Source of the DNA: Eledone cirrhosa
Lineage: Eukaryota
NCBI GenBank assembly: GCA_964016885.1
Contig: OZ024764.1
Span: 25,234,001-25,298,000 of the forward strand
Length of the DNA stretch: 64,000 nucleotides
Direction: 5' to 3'
The notes below the pieces were generated by a model. It had not been told where the DNA came from and ran no database searches. It worked only from the letters and a program-made list of their open reading frames with translations. Within the stretch, counting starts at the first letter, position 1. The number at the start of each line of letters is the position of its first letter. This document shows positions 54,301-64,000 of this stretch, in pieces. Position numbers and translations under genes: made by a program.

Positions 54301-57300
54301 GTGCCAGTGGTGGAGGGGAGGCAGGAGTTTCTGACAGTAATGTCTACCATATAGGTGGTGCCAGTGGTGGAGGGGAGACAGGAGTTTCTGACAGTAATGT
54401 CTACCATATAGGTGGTGCCAGTGGTGGAGGGGAGGCAGGAGTTTCTGACAGTAATGTCTACCATATAGGTGGTGCCAGTGGTGGAGGGGAGGCAGGAGTT
54501 TCTGACAGTAATGTCTACCATATACATGGTGCCAGTGGTGGAGGGGAGACAGGAGTTTCTGACAGTAATGTCTACCATATAGGTGGTGCCAGTGGTGGAG
54601 GGGAGACAGGAGTTTCTGACAGTAATGTCTACCATATAGGTGGTGCCAGTGGTGGAGGGGGGGAGACAGGAGTTTCTGACAGTAATGTGTACCATATAGG
54701 TGGTGCCAGTGGTGGAGGGGGGGAGACAGGAGTTTCTGACAGTAATGTCTACCATATAGGTGGTGCCAGTGGTGGAGGGGAGACAGGAGTTTCTGACAGT
54801 AATGTCTACCATATAGGTGGTGCCAGTGGTGGAGGGGGGGAGACAGGAGTTTCTGACAGTAATGTGTACCATATAGGTGGTGCCAGTGGTGGAGGGGGGA
54901 CAGGAGTTTCTGACAGTAATGTCTACCATATAGGTGGTGCCAGTGGTGGAGGGGAGACAGGAGTTTCTGACAGTAATCTGTACCATATAGGTGGTGCCAG
55001 TGGTGGAGGGGAGACAGGAGTTTCTGACAGTAATGTCTACCATATAGGTGGTGCCAGTGGTGGAGGAGGGGAGACAGGAGTTTCTGACAGTAATGTCTAT
55101 CATATAGGTGGTGCCAGTGGTGGAGGGGGGGAGACAGGAGTTTCTGAGAGTAATGTCTACCATATAGGTGGTGCCAGTGGTGGAGGGGAGACAGGAGTTT
55201 CTGACAGTAATGTGTACCATATAGGTGGTACCAGCGGTGGAGGGGAGACAGGAGTTTCTGACAGTAATGTGTACCATATAGGTGGTGCCAGTGGTGGAGG
55301 AGGGGAGACAGGAGTTTCTGTCAGTAATGTCTACCATATAGGTGGTGCCAGTGGTGGAGGGGAGACAGGAGTTTCTGACAGTAATGTCTACCATATAGGT
55401 GGTGCCAGTGGTGGAGGAGGGGAGACAGGAGTTTCTGTCAGTAATGTCTACCATATAGGTGCTGCCAGTGGTGGAGGGGGGGAGACAGGAGTTTCTGTCA
55501 GTAATGTCTACCATATAGGTGGTGCCAGTGGTGGAGGGGAGGCAGGAGTTTCTGACAGTAATGTCTACCATATAGGTGGTGCCAGTGGTGGAGGGGAGGC
55601 AGGAGTTTCTGACAGTAATGTCTACCATATAGGTGGTGCCAGTGGTGGAGGGGAGACAGGAGTTTCTGACAGTAATGTCTACCATATAGGTGGTGCCAGT
55701 GGTGGAGGGGAGGCAGGAGTTTCTGACAGTAATGTCTACCATATAGGTGGTGCCAGTGGTGGAGGGGAGGCAGGAGTTTCTGACAGTAATGTCTACCATA
55801 TACATGGTGCCAGTGGTGGAGGGGAGACAGGAGTTTCTGACAGTAATGTCTACCATATAGGTGGTGCCAGTGGTGGAGGGGAGACAGGAGTTTCTGACAG
55901 TAATGTCTACCATATAGGTGGTGCCAGTGGTGGAGGGGGGGAGACAGGAGTTTCTGACAGTAATGTGTACCATATAGGTGGTGCCAGTGGTGGAGGGGGG
56001 GAGACAGGAGTTTCTGACAGTAATGTCTACCATATAGGTGGTGCCAGTGGTGGAGGGGAGACAGGAGTTTCTGACAGTAATGTCTACCATATAGGTGGTG
56101 CCAGTGGTGGAGGGGGGGAGACAGGAGTTTCTGACAGTAATGTGTACCATATAGGTGGTGCCAGTGGTGGAGGGGGACAGGAGTTTCTGACAGTAATGTC
56201 TACCATATAGGTGGTGCCAGTGGTGGAGGGGAGACAGGAGTTTCTGACAGTAATGTGTACCATATAGGTGGTGCAGTGGTGGAGGGGAGACAGGAGTTTC
56301 TGACAGTAATGTCTACCATATAGGTGGTGCCAGTGGTGGAGGAGGGGAGACAGGAGTTTCTGACAGTAATGTCTACCATATAGGATGGTGCCAGTGGTGG
56401 AGGGGGGAGACAGGAGTTTCTGAGAGTAATGTCTACCATATAGGTGGTGCCAGTGGTGGAGGGGAGACAGGAGTTTCTGATGACAGTAATGTCTACCATA
56501 TAGGTGGTGCCAGTGGTGGAGGGGAGACAGGAGTTTCTGACAGTAATGTCTACCATATAGGTGGTGCCAGTGGTGGAGGGGGGGCAGGAGTTTCTGACAG
56601 TAATGTCTACCATATAGGTGGTGCCAGTGGTGGAGGAGAGACAGGAGTTTCTGACAGTAATGTCTACCATATAGGTGGTGCCAGTGGTGGAGGGGGGGAG
56701 ACAGGAGTTTCTGACAGTAATGTCTACCATATAGGTGGTGCCAGTGGTGGAGGGGGGGAGACAGGAGTTTCTGAGAGTAATGTCTACCATATAGATGGTG
56801 CCAGTGGTGGAGGGGAGACAGGAGTTTCTGACAGTAATGTCTACCATATAGGTGGTGCCAGTGGTGGAGGGGGGACAGGAGTTTCTGACAGTAATGTCTA
56901 CCATATAGGTGGTGCCAGTGGTGGAGGGGAGACAGGAGTTTCTGACAGTAATGTCTACCATATAGGTGGTGCCAGTGGTGGAGGGGAGACAGGAGTTTCT
57001 GACAGTAATGTCTACCATATAGGTGGTGCCAGTGGTGGAGGGGGGACAGGAGTTTCTGACAGTAATGTCTACCATATAGGTGGTGCCAGTGGTGGAGGAG
57101 GGGAGACAGGAGTTTCTGACAGTAATGTCTACCATATAGGTGGTGCCAGTGGTGGAGGAGGGGAGACAGGAGTTTCTGACAGTAATGTCTACCATATAGG
57201 TGGTGCCAGTGGTGGAGGAGGGGAGACAGAAGTTTCTGACAGTAATGTCTACCATATAGGTGATGCCAGTGGTGGAGGGGGGGCAGGAGTTTCTGACAGT

Positions 57301-60300
57301 AATGTCTACTATATAGGTGGTGCCAGTGGTGGATGGGGGGGAGACAGGAGTTTCTGACAGTAATGTCTACCATATAGGTTGTGCCAGTGGTGGTGGAGGG
57401 GAGACAGGAGTTTCTGACAGTAATGTCTACCATATAGGTGGTGCCAGTGGTGGAGGAGGGGAGACAGGAGTTTCTGACAGTAATGTCTACCATATAGGTG
57501 GTGCCAGTGGTGGAGGAGGGGGGACAGGAGTTTCTGACAGTAATGTCTACCATATAGGTGGTACCAGTGGTGGAGGAGGGGAGACAGGAGTTTCTGACAG
57601 TAATGTCTACCATATAGGTGGTGCCAGTGGTGGAGGAGGGGGGACAGGAGTTTCTGACAGTAATGTCTACCATATAGGTGGTACCAGTGGTGGAGGAGGG
57701 GAGACAGGAGTTTCTGACAGTAATGTCTACCATATAGGTGGTGCCAGTGGTGGACGGGAGACAGGAGTTTCTGACAGTAATGTCTAACATATAGGTGGTG
57801 CCAATGGTGGAGGGGGGACAGGAGTTTCTGACAGTAATGTGTACCATATAGGTGGTGCCAGTGGTGGAGGAGGGGGGACAGGAGTTTCTGACAGTAATGT
57901 GTACCATATAGGTGGTGCCAGTGGTGGAGGGGAGACAGGAGTTTCTGACAGTAATGTCTACCATATAGGTGGTGCCAGTGATGGAGGGGGGGGGGAGACA
58001 GGAGTTTCTGACAGTAATGTGTACCATATAGGTGGTGCCAATGGTGGAGGGGGGACAGGAGTTTCTGACAGTAATGTCTACCATATAGGTGGTGCCAGTG
58101 GTGGAGGGGGGACAGGAGTTTCTGACAGTAATGTCTACCATATAGGTGGTGCCAGTGGTGGAGGAAGGGACAGGAGTTTCTGACAGTAATGTCTACCATA
58201 TAGGTGGTGCCAATGGTGGAGGGGGGACAGGAGTTTCTGACAGTAATGTCTACCATATAGGTGGTGCCAATGGTGGAGGGGGGACAGGAGTTTCTGACAG
58301 TAATGTCTACCATATAGGTGGTGCCAGTGGTGGAGGGGGGACAGGAGTTTCTGACAGTAATGTGTACCATATAGGTGGTGCCAGTGGTGGAGGAGGGGGG
58401 ACAGGAGTTTCTGACAGTAATGTGTACCATATAGGTGGTGCCAGTGGTGGAGGGGGGACAGGAGTTTCTGACAGTAATGTCTACCATATAGGTGGTGCCA
58501 GTGGTGGAGGGGAGACAGGAGTTTCTGACAGTAATGTCTACCATATAGGTGGTGCCAGTGGTGGAGGGGGGGGGGAGACAGGAGTTTCTGACAGTAATGT
58601 CTACCATATAGGTGGTGCCAGTGGTGGAGGAGAGACAGGAGTTTCTGACAGTAATGTGTACCATATAGGTGGTGCCAGTGATGGAGAGGAGACAGGAGTT
58701 TCTGACAGTAATGTCTACCATATAGGTGGTGCCAGTGATGGAGGGGAGACAGGAGTTTCTGACAGTAATGTGTACCATATAGGTGGTGCCAGTGATGGAG
58801 GGGAGACAGGAGTTTCTGACAGTAATGTGTACCATATAGATGGTGCCAGTGATGGAGGGGAGACAGGAGTTTCTGACAGTAATGTCTACCATATAGGTGG
58901 GGCCAGTGGTGGAGGAGGGGAGACAGGAGTTTCTGACAGTAATGTCTACCATATAGGTGGTGCCAGTGATGGAGGGGAGACCGGAGTTTCTGACAGTAAT
59001 GTCTACCATATAGGTGGTGCCAGTGGTGGAGGGGAGACAGGAGTTTCTGACAGTAATGTCTACCATATAGGTGGATGCCAGTGGTGGAGGGGGGACAGGA
59101 GTTTCTGACAGTAATGTCTACCATATAGGTGGTGCCAGTGGTGGAGGAAGGGACAGGAGTTTCTGACAGTAATGTCTACCATATAGGTGGTGCCAATGGT
59201 GGAGGGGGGACAGGAGTTTCTGACAGTAATGTCTACCATATAGGTGGTGCCAATGGTGGAGGGGGGACAGGAGTTTCTGACAGTAATGTCTACCATATAG
59301 GTGGTGCCAGTGGTGGAGGGGGGACAGGAGTTTCTGACAGTAATGTGTACCATATAGGTGGTGCCAGTGGTGGAGGAGGGGGGACAGGAGTTTCTGACAG
59401 TAATGTGTACCATATAGGTGGTGCCAGTGGTGGAGGGGGGACAGGAGTTTCTGACAGTAATGTCTACCATATAGGTGGTGCCAGTGGTGGAGGGGAGACA
59501 GGAGTTTCTGACAGTAATGTCTACCATATAGGTGGTGCCAGTGGTGGAGGGGGGGGGGGAGACAGGAGTTTCTGACAGTAATGTCTACCATATAGGTGGT
59601 GCCAGTGGTGGAGGAGAGACAGGAGTTTCTGACAGTAATGTGTACCATATAGGTGGTGCCAGTGATGGAGGGGAGACAGGAGTTTCTGACAGTAATGTCT
59701 ACCATATAGGTGGTGCCAGTGATGGAGGGGAGACAGGAGTTTCTGACAGTAATGTCTACCATATAGGTGGTGCCAGTGATGGAGGGGAGACAGGAGTTTC
59801 TGACAGTAATGTGTACCATATAGATGGTGCCAGTGATGGAGGGGAGACAGGAGTTTCTGACAGTAATGTCTACCATATAGGTGGTGCCAGTGGTGGAGGA
59901 GAGACAGGAGTTTCTGTCAGTAATGTCTACCATATAGGTGGTGCCAGTGGAGGAGGGGGGGAGACAGGAGTTTCTGTCAGTAATGTCTACCATATAGGTG
60001 GTGCCAGTGGTGGAGGAGGGGAGACAGGAGTTTCTGACAGTAATGTCTACCATATAGGTGGTGCCAGTGGTGGAGAGGAGACAGGAGTTTCTGACAGTAA
60101 TGTCTACCATATAGGTGGTGCCAGTGGTGGAGGGGAGACAGGAGTTTCTGACAGTAATGTCTACCATATAGGTGGTGCCAGTGGTGGAGGGGAGACAGGA
60201 GTTTCTGACAGTAATGTCTACCATATAGGTGGTGCCAGTGGTGGAGGGGGGGAGACAGGAGTTTCTGACAGTAATGTGTACCATATAGGTGGTGCCAGTG

Positions 60301-63300
60301 GTGGAGGGGGGGAGACAGGAGTTTCTGACAGTAATGTGTACCATATAGGTGGTGCCAGTGGTGGAGGGGGGACAGGAGTTTCTGACAGTAATGTCTACCA
60401 TATAGGTGGTGCCAGTGGTGGAGGGGAGACAGGAGTTTCTGACAGTAATGTCTACCATATAGTTGGTGCCAGTGGTGGAGGGGAGACAGGAGTTTCTGAC
60501 AGTAATGTCTACCATATACATGGTGCCAGTGGTGGAGAGGAGACAGGAGTTTCTGACAGTAATGTCTACCATATAGGTGGTGCCAGTGGTGGAGGGGAGA
60601 CAGAAGTTTCTGACAGTAATGTCTACCATATAGGTGGTGCCAGTGGTGGAGGGGGGGAGACAGGAGTTTCTGACAGTAATGTGTACCATATAGGTGGTGC
60701 CAGTGGTGGAGGGGGGACAGGAGTTTCTGACAGTAATGTCTACCATATAGGTGGTGCCAGTGGTGGAGGAGGGAGGACAGGAGTTTCTGACAGTAATGTC
60801 TACCATATAGGTGGTGCCAGTGGTGGAGGAGGGGAGACAGGAGTTTCTGACAGTAATGTGTACCATATAGGTGGTGCCAGTGGTGGAGGGAGGACAGGAG
60901 TTTCTGACAGTAATGTCTACCATATAGGTGGTGCCAGTGGTGGAGGAGGGGAGACAGGAGTTTCTGACAGTAATGTCTACCATATAGGTGGTGCCAGTGG
61001 TGGAGGGAGGACAGGAGTTTCTGACAGTAATGTCTACCATATAGGTGGTGCCAGTGGTGGAGGTGAGACAGGAGTTTCTGACAGTAATGTCTACCATATA
61101 GGTGGTGCCAGTGGTGGAGGAGGGGAGACAGGAGTTTCTGACAGTAATGTCTACCATATAGGTGGTGCCAGTGGTGGAGGGGGGACAGGAGTTTCTGACA
61201 GTAATGTCTACCATATAGGTGGTGCCAGTGGTGGAGGTGAGACAGGAGTTTCTGACAGTAATGTCTACCATATAGGTGGTGCCAGTGGTGGAGGGGGGGG
61301 AGGGAGACAGGAGTTTCTGTCAGTAATGTCTACCATATAGGTGGTGCCAGTGGTGGAGGAGGGGAGACAGGAGTTTCTGACAGTAATGTCTACCATATAG
61401 GTGGTGCCAGTGGTGGAGGAGGGGAGACAGGAGTTTCTGACAGTAATGTCTACCATATAGGTGGTGCCAGTGGTGGAGGGGAGGCAGGAGTTTCTGACAG
61501 TAATGTCTACCATATAGGTGGTGCCAGTGGTGGAGGGGAGACAGGGGTTTCTGACAGTAATGTCTACCATATAGGTGGTGCCAGTGGTGGAGGAGGGGAG
61601 ACAGGAGTTTCTGACAGTAATGTCTACCATATAGGTGGTGCCAGTGGTGGAGGGGGGGGGGGGACAGGAGTTTCTGTCAGTAATGTCTACCATATAGGTG
61701 GTGCCAGTGGTGGAGGAGGGGAGACAGGAGTTTCTGACAGTAATGTCTACCATATAGGTGGTGCCAGTGGTGGAGGAGGGGAGACAGGAGTTTCTGACAG
61801 TAATGTCTACCATATAGGTGGTGCCAGTGGTGGAGGGGAGACAGGAGTTTCTGTCAGTAATGTCTACCATATAGGTGGTGCCAGTGGTGGAGGGGAGACA
61901 GGAGTTTCTGACAGTAATGTGTACCATATAGGTGGTGCCAGTGGTGGAGGGGAGACAGGAGTTTCTGACAGTAATGTCTACCATATAGGTGGTGCCAGTG
62001 TTGGAGGGGAGACAGGAGTTTCTGACAGTAATGTCTACCATATAGGTGGTGCCAGTGGTGGAGGAGGGGAGACAGGAGTTTCTGACAGTAATGTCTACCA
62101 TATAGGTGGTGCCAGTGGTGGAGGGGAGACAGGAGTTTCTGACAGTAATGTCTACCATATAGGTGGTGCCAGTGGTGGAGGGGAGACAGGAGTTTCTGAC
62201 AGTAATGTCTACCATATAGGTGGTGCCAGTGGTGGAGGGGAGACAGGAGTTTCTGACAGTAATGTCTACCATATAGGTGGTGCCAGTGCTGGAGGAGGGG
62301 AGACAGGAGTTTCTGACAGTAATGTCTACCATATAGGTGGTGCCAGTGGTGGAGGGGAGGCAGGAGTTTCTGACAGTAATGTCTACCATATAGGTGGTGC
62401 CAGTGGTGGAGGGGAGACAGGAGTTTCTGACAGTAATGTCTACCATATAGGTGGTGCCAGTGTTGGAGGGGAGACAGGAGTTTCTGACAGTAATGTCTAC
62501 CATATAGGTGGTGCCAGTGGTGGAGGAGGGGAGACAGGAGTTTCTGACAGTAATGTCTACCATATAGGTGGTGCCAGTGGTGGAGGGGGGGAGACAGGAG
62601 TTTCTGACAGTAATGTGTACCATATAGGTGGTGCCAGTGGTGGAGGGGAGACAGGAGTTTCTGACAGTAATGTCTACCATATAGGTGGTGCCAGTGTTGG
62701 AGGGGAGACAGGAGTTTCTGACAGTAATGTCTACCATATAGGTGGTGCCAGTGGTGGAGGGGAGACAGGAGTTTCTGACAGTAATGTCTACCATATAGGT
62801 GGTGCCAGTGGTGGAGGGGGGAGACAGGAGTTTCTGACAGTAATGTCTACCATATAGGTGGTGCCAGTGTTGGAGGGGAGACAGGAGTTTCTGACAGTAA
62901 TGTCTACCATATAGGTGGTGCCAGTGGTGGAGGAGGGGAGACAGGAGTTTCTGACAGTAATGTCTACCATATAGGTGGTGCCAGTGGTGGAGGAGGGGAG
63001 ACAGGAGTTTCTGACAGTAATGTGTACCATATAGGTGGTGCCAGTGGTGGAGGGGAGACAGGAGTTTCTGACAGTAATGTCTACCATATAGGTGGTGCCA
63101 GTGTTGGAGGGGGAGACAGGAGTTTCTGACAGTAATGTCTACCATATAGGTGGTGCCAGTGGTGGAGGGGGGAGACAGGAGTTTCTGACAGTAATGTGTA
63201 CCATATAGGTGGTGCCAGTGGTGGAGGAGGGGAGACAGGAGTTTCTGACAGTAATGTCTACCATATAGGTGGTGCCAGTGGTGGAGGGGGGGAGACAGGA

Positions 63301-64000
63301 GTTTCTGACAGTAATGTCTACCATATAGGTGGTGCCAGTGGTGGAGGAGGGGAGACAGGAGTTTCTGACAGTAATGTGTACCATATAGGTGGTGCCAGTG
63401 GTGGAGGAGGGGAGACAGGAGTTTCTGACAGTAATGTCTACCATATAGGTGGTGCCAGTGGTGGAGGGGAGACAGGAGTTTCTGACAGTAATGTCTACCA
63501 TATAGGTGGTGCCAGTGGTGGAGGAGGGGAGACAGGAGTTTCTGACAGTAATGTCTACCATATAGGTGGTGCCAGTGGTGGAGGGGAGACAGGAGTTTCT
63601 GACAGTAATGTCTACCATATAGGTGGTGCCAGTGTTGGAGGGGGAGACAGGAGTTTCTGACAGTAATGTCTACCATATAGGTGGTGCCAGTGGTGGAGGG
63701 GGGAGACAGGAGTTTCTGACAGTAATGTCTACCATATAGGTGGTGCCAGTGGTGGAGGGGAGACAGGAGTTTCTGACAGTAATGTCTACCATATAGGTGG
63801 TGCCAGTGTTGGAGGGGAGACAGGAGTTTCTGACAGTAATGTCTACCATATAGGTGGTGCCAGTGGTGGAGGAGGGGAGACAGGAGTTTCTGACAGTAAT
63901 GTCTACCATATAGGTGGTGCCAGTGGTGGAGGGGGGGAGACAGGAGTTTCTGACAGTAATGTCTACCATATAGGTGGTGCCAGTGGTGGAGGGGAGACAG
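3338..64000. repeat. Giant tandem array (satellite/minisatellite) of a 57/60-bp monomer, roughly 1,040 copies, with nested higher-order duplications; continues past the window end
   Basis: Uninterrupted head-to-tail copies of GGTGGTGCCAGTGGTGGAGGGGAGACAGGAGTTTCTGACAGTAATGTCTACCATATA (21 G, 8 C, 14 A, 14 T; no CpG). Length variation is concentrated in the G-tract. No spacers, inversions or TE insertions were seen. Copy number is estimated as length divided by ~58. Confidence 0.98.

Noticed and set aside
3338-64000. CRISPR array
   Set aside because: There are no unique spacers, the monomers are contiguous and near-identical, no cas genes are present, and the context is eukaryotic LINE/SINE sequence.
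3338-64000. Single giant + strand Gly-rich CDS
   Set aside because: A shared TAC>TAA stop recurs about ten times (e.g. 7661, 19157, 24889, 28667, 31385, 37011, 39732, 51212, 57785), along with shared frameshifts. There is no credible start or signal peptide upstream.
3338-64000. Single giant - strand mucin-like or His-rich CDS
   Set aside because: Two adjacent non-homopolymer +1 monomers close all three minus frames in six homologous places (e.g. 20430-20540). The His frame is also stopped by every CTGTCAG variant. Retained only as a partial-coding hypothesis.

Overview
Eukaryotic (animal) genomic window with two parts. (1) Bases 1-3137 are AT-rich, repeat-dense sequence. They hold two SINE-like elements that resemble, from memory, octopod/cephalopod repeats, a 5'-truncated degenerate RTE-clade LINE reverse-transcriptase fragment on the minus strand (~1055-2340), a 47-bp inverted repeat whose arms look like hAT-type transposon termini, and four 21-bp tandem repeats. 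(2) After a 200-N scaffold gap (3138-3337), the rest of the window (3338-64000, open-ended) is one head-to-tail array of roughly 1,040 copies of a 57/60-bp G-rich monomer (GGTGGTGCCAGTGGTGGA[G4/GGAG4/G7]AGACAGGAGTTTCTGACAGTAATGTCTACCATATA). A diverged monomer just left of the gap shows the array really begins near 3099. The monomer is triplet-phased and open in three of six frames, which explains all the long ORFs in the track. Recurrent shared stops and frameshifts rule out one continuous giant ORF, so the best call is a satellite/minisatellite, with partial coding potential unresolved. Diagnostic variants reveal nested higher-order duplications (~0.98, 1.28, 1.68, 8.35, 11.5, 14.5, 23.7 and 32.1 kb). 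The most interesting hypothesis is that the array expanded from inside a non-autonomous hAT-like DNA transposon. No host gene, RNA gene or CRISPR array is supported.
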